Source: Deltaproteobacteria bacterium
GTDB taxonomy: Bacteria; Myxococcota_A; UBA9042
DNA: 62,129 nt
Reading direction: 5' to 3'
Assembly: GCA_016218865.1 (NCBI GenBank)
Contig: JACRCU010000230.1
Span: 1 to 62,129, forward strand
Position numbers and translations under genes: made by a program. Positions within the stretch are counted from its first letter, which is position 1, and each line of letters begins with the position of its first letter. Below the pieces are notes generated by a model. It was not told where the DNA came from. It did not search any database and saw nothing but the letters and a program-made list of their open reading frames with translations. Positions 18,632 to 28,628 of the stretch are shown here, one piece after another.

Positions 18632-19120
18632 ATGCGCTACCGTGTCGCGTTCGCCATCCTTTGCCAGGCCGGCTTGCTGGTCGCCGCGGGCGGGCACGCC
18701 GAGGAGACGGTCGGCGACTCCGTGAAATTGCAGGGCGACATCGAAACCACGGCCGAGTTGCTGTGGCCAAACATCGTGCACCGGCGAGTGGTACGGACGT
18801 CGGACGGCAGCTTGAACGTGTGGCTGCGGTCCGACGCGGACTTCGAGCGCGCTGTGCAGTCGCTGCAGAAGGCCCAAGCGGGCAAGAAAGTCCTGCGCGG
18901 CGGCCTGCGCATCGTGCGCTCGGCGCTGCTCGACGGCGACAAGTCGTATCTACTGGATCTTGCAGGCGGCGAGCGGCCGTGGCGCTTGCGACTCTCGCGG
19001 CACCTGGCCGGTACGCAGATCGAGGTGCAGGACCTGGGAGAAGCCAGCGACGCCCCCCGGTGGACGCCGCCGCTGCGGCCGACGCCGATCCTGCTGCCGC
19101 ACGGACTGTTGCCGCGGTAG
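18632..19120 (+). CDS. Hypothetical secreted protein
   Basis: 162-aa ORF with GAGGAA 7 nt upstream of the ATG and signal peptide 'MRYRVAFAILCQAGLLVAAGGHA'. No family recognised. Confidence 0.6.
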   Translation: MRYRVAFAILCQAGLLVAAGGHAEETVGDSVKLQGDIETTAELLWPNIVHRRVVRTSDGSLNVWLRSDADFERAVQSLQKAQAGKKVLRGGLRIVRSALLDGDKSYLLDLAGGERPWRLRLSRHLAGTQIEVQDLGEASDAPRWTPPLRPTPILLPHGLLPR

Positions 19121-19152
19121 GACTCGCTCCCCGGGCCCGCTGCAGGGCGCGG

Positions 19153-22100
19153 TCAAGGGCAGCTATGGGCAAAGCGCGCGATGCCGTTGCGGTAGCGGCC
19201 GTCGGCGCCGGCCATGCCCTCGGCCAACGCCGCTTCGGCGTACCAAGCTGGGGTCAGCACGCCGGCCCAGGCCAGGGGCGGCCCAATCCAAGGCTTCCAG
19301 GTCAGGTCTGGGCCGCCCAACTGGATCTGGCGCGCCGCGACCGCGCCCTTGCCCGGGCCTGGCAGGACCAGCAGCAGCCGATCCGGATAGCCGGGCGCGC
19401 CGAGCATGACGGCCCGCCCAGAGGAGATCGAGGGCTCGCTGGCCACCAGTTGCCACTGCAGATCGCTGCCGAGGGCCAGCGACCACAGCATTAGCTGACC
19501 GTCGACTTGGGCCAGCAGCAGGCGGTTGAAGAGCGGGTCGTAGGCGAGCGCCGTGCCCGGCTTCCAACTCGGCCCGGCCGCGGTCGACGACTTCCACACC
19601 AAGGACTTGCCGCCGGGCCAGGTCAAGCTCCACAGCTCGCCAGAACCCTCGGTGGGGCCAGGCGAAAATAGGTAGCGGTGGGCGGCATCCAGAGTCGCAG
19701 CGCCGGCCGAGTCGGGCTTGACCGGCGGCAGTTGTGCCGCCAGGTCCATGCCGGCGGCGGACCACGTGCCAGTGGTCAGGTCCAGCACGAGCGCGCCCGT
19801 CGACGCGGTCAGCCCCGCCCCGCTCAGCAACTGTGCCGGGGTGACCTGGCTGGCGCCGCTCCACAGCAACACGTGGCTGCCATCTTCAGCCAAGGCCGCT
19901 TGCGCCAAGGCGCGGCCCTGCAGCCCCTCGGGCATCGGCAGCCACTGCCAAGCGCCCCCGGCCCAGCGCCACGCCCCCGACACGGGCTGCAACGCGGCGC
20001 CGCGCGGCACCATCCCGCCCAGGCGCAGCAGTCCCGACGACGTGTTGAGCCACTGGGCACCGATTGCCATTTCCGGTTCAGCATCCAGGGGTTTCCACCC
20101 CTGCGCGCCGCGCAGCCAGCTGCCCGGGTCGGCGACACCGGCCGCAGTCTCGCCCTGGGTCAGCACCCAGCCCTGGGGTGCGGCGAAGGCCAGCGGATCC
20201 AGTCGCAGCGGCAGATTCGGCTCGCTCAGGGCCGACCAGGTGGCCGTCGCCAGGCTGTAGCGCCAAGTACCGGCCGAACCGCCATCCGCGGCGCGCCCAC
20301 CGATCCACACCACCTCGCTCGGCGTGCAAAGCAACCGCCCGCCGCTGCCCGCCACCGGCAGCAAGCCGACGGTGGTCAGGGTCTGCCAATACGGCGCACC
20401 GGGGCCCAGTTGTCCGAACCAGACCGCGCCACTGGCCGCCCAGGCCAAGGCAAACCAGCCGCCGCTGGCGCTGCAGGCGACCGGGTGCGCCGACCCCTCG
20501 GGCAGTTGCGGCACGCCGCCGTCCCACGATTTCTGCAGTACGTTTTGTCGCTGAATCAGGGCATTGCCGGTCAGGTCGTCGCCGAACAACCAGATCTGCC
20601 CCGCCAGCTCACCCGCCAGAGCATCCACCACCGGAGTCGGCGGTCCGGCCAGCGGGGTCGGCGTCCACAGGCCGCTGGCCAGATCGAGCTCGAACGACGC
20701 GGCCGGCGCGCCATTGGCGTCCACGCCGCCGAGGGCGCGCAGCGCGGCCGGACCCGCATCGCCGTTGATCACGGCGAGGGCCGCACGCCGGAGCGGCGGA
20801 AGGTCCTGTTTGGACACGCGCTTGTACAACCCCGTGGCCACGTCCAGTTGCCAGGCGTCGCGGGCATCGACTTCGCTGCCGCCGATGCCGGGTTCCAGGC
20901 CGCCGAGCAGCCAGGCAGAACCTTGCTGGGCGGTCCAGGCGAATTGCCGGCGACCCAGCGGCCGACCATCGCTCCAGTCGCTGGTGGCGGTCCACTCGCT
21001 GGCCAGGCCCTCGTCGGTCAGTCCGTCGCAGTCGTTGTCCAGCCCATCGCACACCAGTTCTTTTGGCTGGAAGCCAGGTTGACCCACGTAGCTGCACACC
21101 CACTGCGCCTGGGTGCACTCGGGGATGCCGATGAGCGACTGACACACGCCGGTACCGTTGCACGCAAAGTCGGCCGCGGGTTGCGTGCCCTCGTCGGTCT
21201 GGCCGTCGCAGTCGTCGTCCTTGCCGTTGCATTCTTCTGCGCCGGCCTGGCTTTGCGGCCCGTCTTCCAGAGTCGAGCAGGTGGGCTGGGCGGTGCTGCC
21301 GCAGATCACGATGCCGGCGCCGCACTCGCCTTGCCCCGGGCAGGGGGCGCCGAGCGCCAAGCCTTGCCAAGTCAGCTTCTCGTCGGTCTGGCCGTCGCAA
21401 TCGTCGTCCTTGCCGTTGCAGGCCTCGGGCGTGGCCTGGCTGTTGGGACCGTCGGCCAGGGTCGAACAGGTGACGCCGCCAGCCTTGCTGCAGGCGATGA
21501 CCCCGGCGCCGCAGTTGCCCACGCCGGCACACGGCGAGCCGAGACCCTGACCCGCCAGGGAGAATCCCTCGTCGGTCAGTCCGTCGCAATCGTCGTCCAG
21601 GTTGTTGCACAGTTCTTCGCCAGCCGGCGACGACGGTTGGCCGGGTTCGGTGGAACAGGCGACCGCGCCCTTGGCGCCGCACTTGACGATGCCGGTTCCG
21701 CAGATTCCCGGTGCAGTGCAAGGGCCACCCAGCGCCACTCCGCCCAGGCCAAGGCCCTCGTCGGCCAGGCCGTCGCAGTCGTCGTCCAAGCCGTTGCAGA
21801 CTTCGGGGCTTGCGTGGCTGTCGGCGCCGCCGGGATCGGCGCTGCACGAAGGTTTGCCCTCCAAGTTGCAGTAGACGGTGCCGATGCCGCACTCGCCCGC
21901 GCCCAAGCACGGCGATCCCACGAGCAGACCGGACAGCGCAAAGTCCTCGTCGGTGTCGCCATCGCAGTCGTCGTCCAGGTTGTTGCACGTCTCTGCGTGC
22001 GCGCGCGATTGGCTGCCGTCGGCATTGGTCGAGCAGGTCGCCTTGCCGCCCGCACACATGACCACGCCAGCGCCGCACGCACCGGTGCCCGTGCACGGCA

Positions 22101-22689
22101 TGCCGACCGCGTTGCCCTTGTAGACGAAGCCCTCGTCGATCTGGCCGTCGCAGTCGTTGTCCACGCCATCGCACAATTCGGCGGCCTGCCAGCCCGGTAC
22201 GGCATGGTAATCGCAGGCGAGCAGGCCCGCCGTGCACGTGGCCTGGATGACGGCTCCGCTCTGACCGCAGACGCCGGCATGGGAGCACACCAACTGCACC
22301 AATTGCGCAGCGCTGGTCAGGGCATGGGCATCGTCGGCGTCGCGCTCGTCGGCCAGGCAGTCGCTGTCGGCGTCGGCGAACGACGACTCGGTGGCGTCGT
22401 GCTTGCCGTCCCCGTCGGTGTCGACTGGTTTGGCCACCGCGGAGCCAACTTCCGCGCCATCGTCCTTGCCGTCGCCGTCGCTGTCGGGTCGCAGGGGATC
22501 GGTGTGCAGCAACTTCTCTTGCCCGGCGGTCAATCCGTCGCCGTCCAGGTCGCTGTCTGGGTCCAGGCAGCGGTTGGCGTAGCACAGGTTCGAGGCGCAC
22601 TGGTCGGAGTTGACGCAGTGGCTGCCGTTGCCCTGGCCGTCGTCGCAGCCGGCCGCCAGGGCCACCGCCAGCAGGCCCCAGATGGCCAT
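19153..22689 (-). CDS. Giant secreted lipoprotein: TSP3-like Asp repeats + 7 MopE-type CxxxDDDCDGxxDE modules + C-terminal propeller-like region
   Basis: ORF 19153..22776; I place the start at ATG 22689 (MAIWGLLAVALAAGC lipobox). 'DSDLDGDG', 'DSDGDGKDD' and 'DTDGDGKHD' are calcium-binding-like repeats. Seven repeats of C[ND]G.D[ND]DCDG..DE alternate with G.PC.G.G.CG.G...C modules (about 20920-22175). The last 640 aa or so are Trp/Gly/Leu-rich and repetitive. Confidence 0.8.
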   Translation of the reverse strand: MAIWGLLAVALAAGCDDGQGNGSHCVNSDQCASNLCYANRCLDPDSDLDGDGLTAGQEKLLHTDPLRPDSDGDGKDDGAEVGSAVAKPVDTDGDGKHDATESSFADADSDCLADERDADDAHALTSAAQLVQLVCSHAGVCGQSGAVIQATCTAGLLACDYHAVPGWQAAELCDGVDNDCDGQIDEGFVYKGNAVGMPCTGTGACGAGVVMCAGGKATCSTNADGSQSRAHAETCNNLDDDCDGDTDEDFALSGLLVGSPCLGAGECGIGTVYCNLEGKPSCSADPGGADSHASPEVCNGLDDDCDGLADEGLGLGGVALGGPCTAPGICGTGIVKCGAKGAVACSTEPGQPSSPAGEELCNNLDDDCDGLTDEGFSLAGQGLGSPCAGVGNCGAGVIACSKAGGVTCSTLADGPNSQATPEACNGKDDDCDGQTDEKLTWQGLALGAPCPGQGECGAGIVICGSTAQPTCSTLEDGPQSQAGAEECNGKDDDCDGQTDEGTQPAADFACNGTGVCQSLIGIPECTQAQWVCSYVGQPGFQPKELVCDGLDNDCDGLTDEGLASEWTATSDWSDGRPLGRRQFAWTAQQGSAWLLGGLEPGIGGSEVDARDAWQLDVATGLYKRVSKQDLPPLRRAALAVINGDAGPAALRALGGVDANGAPAASFELDLASGLWTPTPLAGPPTPVVDALAGELAGQIWLFGDDLTGNALIQRQNVLQKSWDGGVPQLPEGSAHPVACSASGGWFALAWAASGAVWFGQLGPGAPYWQTLTTVGLLPVAGSGGRLLCTPSEVVWIGGRAADGGSAGTWRYSLATATWSALSEPNLPLRLDPLAFAAPQGWVLTQGETAAGVADPGSWLRGAQGWKPLDAEPEMAIGAQWLNTSSGLLRLGGMVPRGAALQPVSGAWRWAGGAWQWLPMPEGLQGRALAQAALAEDGSHVLLWSGASQVTPAQLLSGAGLTASTGALVLDLTTGTWSAAGMDLAAQLPPVKPDSAGAATLDAAHRYLFSPGPTEGSGELWSLTWPGGKSLVWKSSTAAGPSWKPGTALAYDPLFNRLLLAQVDGQLMLWSLALGSDLQWQLVASEPSISSGRAVMLGAPGYPDRLLLVLPGPGKGAVAARQIQLGGPDLTWKPWIGPPLAWAGVLTPAWYAEAALAEGMAGADGRYRNGIARFAHSCP

Positions 22690-22811
22690 GCGCGCGCTCG
22701 GCAAAGGCTGCAGGCCGCGGCGAGTCGGGCGACGGTGGTGGCCGGGCGCGCGCCCGCGTGCACAACACATGGCCACACCCTACCTAGCCAGCGCGGGCGG
22801 CACAAGTCGCG

Positions 22812-24386
22812 TCACTCGGCAGCTCCCGCCAGCTCGATCTCGGCCATGGCCGCGGCGAGCCGTTCGGGCAGATCCGACGCCAGGCCACCGCGACCGCCAA
22901 ACGCCGCGCGCAGCAGAACGCCGGCGCGCGCGTGCAGGCCCACGCCGGCCTGGGCAGCCGCCAGGGGCGCAAGTCCGCGCGCCAACAGCGCACCGATGGC
23001 CCCCGTCAATACGTCGCCCGTGCCGGCCTTGGCCAGGGCCGCGTTGGGCGCGTTGGCGACCGACCAGGTCCCATCGGGCGCCGCCACCAGCGTGCGCGGG
23101 CCTTTGAGCACGACCACCGCAGCAAACCGCCGGGCAGCTTCGCGAGCTGCCGCCAGGCGATCCGCTTCGACCTCGGCCACTTCCTTGCCCAGCAGCCGCG
23201 CCATCTCGCCGGGATGCGGGGTGAGCACCAGTCGCCCGGCCGCCGGCTCCGCCAGATCGGGCTTCTGCGCCAGGGCGCTGAGACCATCGGCATCCAGCAC
23301 CACCGGCACCGTCGAGAGCGCCAGCAGCCGGGCCACCAGATCGACCTCGGCCGCACCGGTCCCCAAGCCCGGACCCACCGCCAGGGCCGCCTTGCCGGCG
23401 ATCAGCTTCTCGATGCGCTTGATCTCACTGGCGCCGCCGCGAATGGCCTCGACCATCACGTCGGGCAGCCGCCCCTCCAGTTGGCCGCGGATCTCGCCCG
23501 CGGTGCCCAGGGTCACCAGTCCGGCACCCGTCCGCAACGCCGCGTGGCTGCACAACAAGGCTGCGCCGCCCTTGCCCGACGAGCCGGCGACGACGAACAA
23601 GTGGCCATGGCTGTTCTTGTGCCCTAGCTCGCCTGGTCCGCCCGGCCGCGAGGCCAGCGCCGCCGTCAGCAATTCGGTGTCGATGACCGATCCGCGCGGG
23701 GCACACCGCTCCAGCCATGCCGGCGGCACGCCGATGTCGACCACTTGGAGTTCGCGCCACAATTCCGGTCCGTGATTCAGGAACAGCCCGGGCTTGGCGG
23801 CCACCATGGTCATGACCAGGTGGCAGTGCACGGCGGCGCCGCGGACCAGGCCGGTGGCCGCGCACAGGCCCGAGGGCACGTCGGCGGCAACCGTGAGCGC
23901 CCGGTAGCGCCCATCGAGCTGGCTGGCCAAGGTCAGCACCGGCTCGCGAAGATCACTTTGCAGCCCGATGCCGGTCAAAGCGTCGACGATCACCGCGGCC
24001 CGGCCGAGCGAGCGGCGCAGGCCCTGCAACTCTGCGCCGCGCGGCGCCTGCTGCACCTTGCGGAGCTCGATGCCGCCCAGCTTGACCATCGCGTCGAAGT
24101 GCACCCGCGCCGTAGCGGTCAGCTTGGCCAGCTCGCCGGCCACGAAGCACTCGACCCGCCAGCCGCGGCAGGCCAGGACCCGCCCAACCACAAAGCCGTC
24201 GCCGCCATTGTTGCCGACGCCGGCCAGCACCACCGCCCAGCGCTCGCGGCCCGGCCCCAGGCGCCGGCCGATCTCGTCGGCGATGGCTCGCCCGGCCGTC
24301 TCCATCAAAAGCTCTGGCTGCAGGCCAAGTTCTTGGGTCAAGCGCTGGTCAAGCTGGCGGACAAGGTGGGGCTCTGCGATGTGCAT
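22812..24386 (-). CDS. nnr: Bifunctional NAD(P)H-hydrate repair enzyme (epimerase + ADP-dependent dehydratase)
   Basis: YjeF-N part '..VLAGVGNNGGDGFVVGRVL'. C-terminal carbohydrate-kinase part '..GKGGAALLCSHAALRTGAGLVTL' and '..KAGTGDVLTGAIGALLARG'. Confidence 0.9.
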   Translation of the reverse strand: MHIAEPHLVRQLDQRLTQELGLQPELLMETAGRAIADEIGRRLGPGRERWAVVLAGVGNNGGDGFVVGRVLACRGWRVECFVAGELAKLTATARVHFDAMVKLGGIELRKVQQAPRGAELQGLRRSLGRAAVIVDALTGIGLQSDLREPVLTLASQLDGRYRALTVAADVPSGLCAATGLVRGAAVHCHLVMTMVAAKPGLFLNHGPELWRELQVVDIGVPPAWLERCAPRGSVIDTELLTAALASRPGGPGELGHKNSHGHLFVVAGSSGKGGAALLCSHAALRTGAGLVTLGTAGEIRGQLEGRLPDVMVEAIRGGASEIKRIEKLIAGKAALAVGPGLGTGAAEVDLVARLLALSTVPVVLDADGLSALAQKPDLAEPAAGRLVLTPHPGEMARLLGKEVAEVEADRLAAAREAARRFAAVVVLKGPRTLVAAPDGTWSVANAPNAALAKAGTGDVLTGAIGALLARGLAPLAAAQAGVGLHARAGVLLRAAFGGRGGLASDLPERLAAAMAEIELAGAAE

Positions 24387-24389
24387 GAC

Positions 24390-25148
24390 CTACCTACTAG
24401 GTTGGGGCGGCTCGGGGGTGTGCATGGCCTCGATCATCTCGCGCACCGCCCGCTCGATGCCGACGAACAGGGCGCGGGCGACGATGGCGTGGCCGATGTT
24501 GAGCTCGTCGACGAAGGGCAACCCGGCCACCGCCTTGACGTTGCGGTAATCCAGGCCGTGACCGGCGGCCACCTGCAGGCCCAGATCGTGGCCGAGCTGG
24601 GCGGCGTGGCGCAGGTGATCCAGGCGTTCTTGGGCCAGCAGCGGCGTGTCGGCCTCGCAGAAGTCGCCGGTGTGCAGCTCGATGGTGGTGGCGCGCAGCT
24701 CGGCCGAGGCGCGCACCTGATCGGGGGCCGGATCGATGAACAGCGACACCGTGATGCCGTGCTCGCGCAGGGCCGCGATGGTGTCGCCCAGGTGCTGGCG
24801 CTGGCCGGCCACGTCCAGACCGCCCTCGGTGGTGCGCTCTTCGCGCTTCTCGGGCACCAGGGTCACGGTGTCGGGCAGGTACTGCAGCGCCAGGGCCAGC
24901 ATGGTCGGGGTGGCGGCCATCTCAAGGTTCAAGGGCACTTGCACAGTCTGGCGCAGCACCGCCAGGTCGCGCTCTTGGATGTGGCGGCGATCCTCGCGCA
25001 GGTGCACGGTGATCTGATCAGCGCCCGCCAGCTCGGCCAGCGAGGCCGCCAGCACCGGGTCGGGGTAGCGGGTGCCGCGGTTCTGGCGGATGGTGGCGAC
25101 GTGGTCGACGTTGACGCCCAAGCGCAGGCGGCGAAGCGAAGCAGACAT
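24390..25148 (-). CDS. pdxJ: Pyridoxine 5'-phosphate synthase
   Basis: '[43 protein letters not shown]..' with '..ELHTGDF..' and '..[12 protein letters not shown]'. The stop lies 3 nt before the nnr start. Confidence 0.95.
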   Translation of the reverse strand: MSASLRRLRLGVNVDHVATIRQNRGTRYPDPVLAASLAELAGADQITVHLREDRRHIQERDLAVLRQTVQVPLNLEMAATPTMLALALQYLPDTVTLVPEKREERTTEGGLDVAGQRQHLGDTIAALREHGITVSLFIDPAPDQVRASAELRATTIELHTGDFCEADTPLLAQERLDHLRHAAQLGHDLGLQVAAGHGLDYRNVKAVAGLPFVDELNIGHAIVARALFVGIERAVREMIEAMHTPEPPQPSR

Positions 25149-25257
25149 GGAACCCTGGCGCGGACATGGGGCCGCGGTGCGAGTCTACGCCGGCTGCCGC
25201 GCCATTGCCACGGTGCGGCGACTTGCGGAGGGCGCGGGCTTTGGGTACACCGGCGAC

Positions 25258-26211
25258 ATGCGTACGCTTTTCCTCGCCGCTTTGACCGTTTCGACCCTGG
25301 CCTGCTCGGCACCGCAACAGCAGAATCCAGAACCCGTTTCCCACAAGGCCGCGGCGGACCTGCAGCCCGACGAGTTCGCGGCCCTGCGGCGGGCAGGCGT
25401 CGATCGCGGCCGTCTGCGCTGCGCCGCGCGCAACCACTGGAGCGACAGCATGCGCGGCGAGGCCAAGGCGACGGTCGACGGGATGCTGGCGGCGATGGAA
25501 AAGGCCGGCGCCGCGCTGGACGACAAAGCCAAGGCCGAGTTGCGCAAGGACTTGGTCGACAAGGTGTTCTGGCGGATGGTGCAGACCCAGATCGTCGACG
25601 GCGAGCTGCACAACCTGGGCGCCGTGGCGGTGGCCGACCGGACGCTGCCCGATGGCCGGCCGATGCTGCTGTTCCGCACGGCTTTTACCGCCGAGCCCGC
25701 CAGCCCGGACTCGTGCGTGCAGTCGCTGGTGGCGGCGGGCGTGCGGCACATCGTCAACCTGTACGCCGGGCCGATGCCGACCGAAGCGCTGGAGGCCGGC
25801 GAGCGCCAGGCGGTCAGCGCGGCCGGCGGCAGCTACTTCACCGCGCGCGAGCACCCGGAAGCCACGAACTTTCGCGAAAACTTGCGCGAAGGCGACTCGC
25901 CCGAGACCCAGAAGGCGGCGATGCAGGCGGTGGCCAAGCTCATCCAAGAACAGATTCTCAATCCGAACGGCCAGCCACCCAAGGGCCACGTCCAGGTGCA
26001 CTGCGGCGGCGGCATGCACCGCACCGGCATGGTGGTGGGCGTGCTGGAACGGTGCTGGAACCGCACGCCGCTGCCGCAGGTGGCCGAGAACTACAAACGC
26101 CACGTCGGCTGGCGCTCGGACCGCAGCCCGGGTGGCTTCGAAGAAAAGAACTTGGAATTCATTGCCAACTTCGACTGCGGTTTGCTGCGGCCCGCCCAGG
26201 CCCAGCCGTGA
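25258..26211 (+). CDS. Lipoprotein with Cys-based protein-tyrosine/dual-specificity phosphatase-like motif
   Basis: ATG at 25258 inside ORF 25072..26211. Signal and lipobox 'TVSTLAC'. P-loop 'VHCGGGMHRTG' (HCx5R[ST]). Confidence 0.7.
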   Translation: MRTLFLAALTVSTLACSAPQQQNPEPVSHKAAADLQPDEFAALRRAGVDRGRLRCAARNHWSDSMRGEAKATVDGMLAAMEKAGAALDDKAKAELRKDLVDKVFWRMVQTQIVDGELHNLGAVAVADRTLPDGRPMLLFRTAFTAEPASPDSCVQSLVAAGVRHIVNLYAGPMPTEALEAGERQAVSAAGGSYFTAREHPEATNFRENLREGDSPETQKAAMQAVAKLIQEQILNPNGQPPKGHVQVHCGGGMHRTGMVVGVLERCWNRTPLPQVAENYKRHVGWRSDRSPGGFEEKNLEFIANFDCGLLRPAQAQP

Positions 26212-27515
26212 GCGGCCGGCGCGTTGGGCCTTGGCTGCTCGCGGCGGTGCTCGGTGCCGCGGGCTGCGGCAGTTCGGCGCTTTCGTCCGGATCCGGCGCG
26301 GTCGCCAACCCCGGCACCTGGCAGGGCAGCGATCTACAATTCACCTTGAATGGCAGCACCTTGAGCGAGGTGGTGCTGTTGTCCAAGCTGACCTGCCAGG
26401 GCGACAACGGCTGCCAGGGCAGTGTGACGGGACCGCTGACCGGCACGGTGACCGCAGCGCCCCTGTACGGCACGCTGCAGAGCAGCCAGGGCAGCGTGGA
26501 GATCGACGGGCAATTCACAGGCGCCACGCAGGCTTCGGGCACGCTCCGCGCCCAGGCCGGCAGCTGCTGCACCGCGGTGGCGGTCTGGTCGGCCGACTGG
26601 TTGGCCCCGCCCAGCGGCGGCGGCGACGCCGGCAGCACCCCGGACAGCTGGGGCACGTCGGCCGGCGGCACGCTGAAACCGTACCCGCCGCGCGCGGTCG
26701 ACGGCAGTCTAGCCGCCCCCGACGGCGCCAGTCCCGAGCAGGTCGCCGCCCTGCAGACCCTTGAACAACTGCGCGCCAAGCTTGGTCTTTTGCCAGTGAC
26801 CGCCGCGGCACCGCTGCAACAGGCCGCCCAGGCCCACGCGGAGTTCTTCGTGGCCCACGGCGCCCAGTACCAGGCCAAGCAGCTGTCGCCGCACGCGGAA
26901 GACCCCAGTTTTGGCAGCGGTTTTACCGGCGCGGATCCCCAAGCGCGCATCCAGGCGGCCGGCTGGAGCGCCCCGGCCACCGAGATCATGGCCTTTACCG
27001 GCTCTCCCACCGGCGCCATCGCCGGCTGGCTGGCGACCGTGTACCACCGCATGCCGCTGCTGGATCCGCGCAGCAAGTCGATGGGCTACGGCCAGGCCGC
27101 CAAGGGCGCGTACAAGACCGAAGTCATGGAGGTTTCTGGCGGAGCCAGCGCCGCGCCCGGGGTGGTGGTGTATCCCTACCCCGGCCAGACCGGCGTGCCG
27201 GGCAGCTGGGACGGCGCCGAGGGGCCACAACCACCTGCGCCACCTAAGGGTTTTCCGTCCGGACCGGTGATCTCGCTGCGGTTCTCGCAGCCCGCCACGG
27301 TGACCAAGCACGAGCTGCGCGACGCCGCCGGCACGCCGCTGGAGCACGTGTGGCTCGACGCGCAGAACGACAGCAATACCGCGATGTTCGATGGCAACTG
27401 CCGCAGCCTGTACGCCCACCAGCCGCTCGCCGCCGGGGTCTACACCGTGCACGTCGAGGCGACGATCCTGGGCAAGGCCGAGGTCGTCGAGTGGCAATTC
27501 CAGGTGGGCAACTAG
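26208..27515 (+). CDS. CAP/SCP (PR-1-like) domain lipoprotein
   Basis: The GTG at 26208 overlaps the preceding stop (GTGA). Lipobox 'VLGAAGC'. CAP-like segment '..AQAHAEFFVAHG..IMAFTGSPTGAIAGWLATVYHRMPLLDPRSKSMGYG'. This is the last part of ORF 23745..27515. Confidence 0.7.
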   Translation: MSGRRVGPWLLAAVLGAAGCGSSALSSGSGAVANPGTWQGSDLQFTLNGSTLSEVVLLSKLTCQGDNGCQGSVTGPLTGTVTAAPLYGTLQSSQGSVEIDGQFTGATQASGTLRAQAGSCCTAVAVWSADWLAPPSGGGDAGSTPDSWGTSAGGTLKPYPPRAVDGSLAAPDGASPEQVAALQTLEQLRAKLGLLPVTAAAPLQQAAQAHAEFFVAHGAQYQAKQLSPHAEDPSFGSGFTGADPQARIQAAGWSAPATEIMAFTGSPTGAIAGWLATVYHRMPLLDPRSKSMGYGQAAKGAYKTEVMEVSGGASAAPGVVVYPYPGQTGVPGSWDGAEGPQPPAPPKGFPSGPVISLRFSQPATVTKHELRDAAGTPLEHVWLDAQNDSNTAMFDGNCRSLYAHQPLAAGVYTVHVEATILGKAEVVEWQFQVGN

Positions 27516-27524
27516 CTGTTTTGG

Positions 27525-28490
27525 CTAGTGACTGAGCAGGCCGCGCGCTTCGTACTCTTCGACCAGGCGCTCGGCGTCGATGGCGGCCATGCAGCCCATG
27601 CCGGCGGCGGTGATCGCCTGGCGGTAGCGCGAGTCGGCCACGTCGCCCGCGGCGAACACGCCGGTGGCGCTGGTGGCGGTGAAGCCCTTGGTGGCGATGT
27701 AGCCGTCGGGCCGCAGCTCCAATTGGCCTTGGAAGACCGAGGTGTTGGGCTGGTGACCGATGGCGACGAACAGGCCGCCGGCCGCCACTTCCTTGGTCGA
27801 GCCGTCGACCGTCGACTTCAGGCGCAGGCCGGTGCACTTCTTGCCGTCGCCCAAGATCTCGTCGACCACTGCGTTCCATTCCACAGAGATCTTGGGGTGT
27901 TTCAGCGCGCGCTCGGCCATGATCTTGCTGGCGCGGAAGGCGTCGCGGCGGTGGACCAGGGTGACGTGGCTGGCGTAGCGGGTCAGGAACTGCGCTTCTT
28001 CCAGGGCCGTGTCGCCGCCGCCGACCACGTAGACCGGCACCTCTTTGTAGAAGGCGCCGTCGCAGGTGGCACAGGCCGAAACGCCGCGATTTAGATAGGT
28101 TTGTTCACTGGGGATGCCCAACCACTTGGCGTTGGCGCCGGTGGCGATGATGACCGTGGCAGCTTCGAGCCACTGGCCCTCGCCGGTCTTGAGCCGCAGC
28201 GGGAAGCCGGTGAAGTCCACTTCGTCGATCACGTCCTGGCGCAGATCGGCGCCGAATTTCTCGGCCTGGGCGCGGGTGCGCTCGACCAGCTCCGGGCCGG
28301 TCACACCATCGGGAAAGCCAGGGTAATTCTCGACTTCGGTGGTGATCATCAGCTGACCACCGCTGGTCATCAATTCGCCCGACGACAGAAACCCACCTTC
28401 GAAAACCACCGGCTTGAGCTGGGCGCGCCCGGTGTAGATGGCGGCGGTAAGGCCTGCGGGGCCCGAACCGATGATGACGACCTTGTGCAT
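27525..28490 (-). CDS. trxB: Thioredoxin-disulfide reductase
   Basis: 'MHKVVIIGSGPAGLTAAIY', redox centre 'CATCDG', NADPH motif 'VVGGGDTALEEA', '..GVFAAGDV'. ATG at 28490 inside ORF 27525..28544. Confidence 0.95.
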   Translation of the reverse strand: MHKVVIIGSGPAGLTAAIYTGRAQLKPVVFEGGFLSSGELMTSGGQLMITTEVENYPGFPDGVTGPELVERTRAQAEKFGADLRQDVIDEVDFTGFPLRLKTGEGQWLEAATVIIATGANAKWLGIPSEQTYLNRGVSACATCDGAFYKEVPVYVVGGGDTALEEAQFLTRYASHVTLVHRRDAFRASKIMAERALKHPKISVEWNAVVDEILGDGKKCTGLRLKSTVDGSTKEVAAGGLFVAIGHQPNTSVFQGQLELRPDGYIATKGFTATSATGVFAAGDVADSRYRQAITAAGMGCMAAIDAERLVEEYEARGLLSH

Positions 28491-28628
28491 GGATGCCTCG
28501 ACTCGCGCGGCTGGGCGCGACAGGGGAGCGTAGTTTGACGACAAATGGGGGCGACGTCCACGGTGCCCCCGCCAAGTCGGCGTCAGGACCGATGGGAGCC
28601 AGGCCGGGCGTGTTGGAGTCGCGGCGGT

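Noticed and set aside
22690-22776. N-terminal extensions of ORF-track calls (for example 22776, 5870, 28544, 42029, 44895, 45254, 47430, 49267, 60813, 31034)
   Set aside because: In each case an internal ATG, preceded by a purine-rich RBS or followed immediately by a signal peptide or conserved N-terminus, gives a better gene model. The extensions are Arg/Pro-rich and overlap neighbouring genes or spacers.
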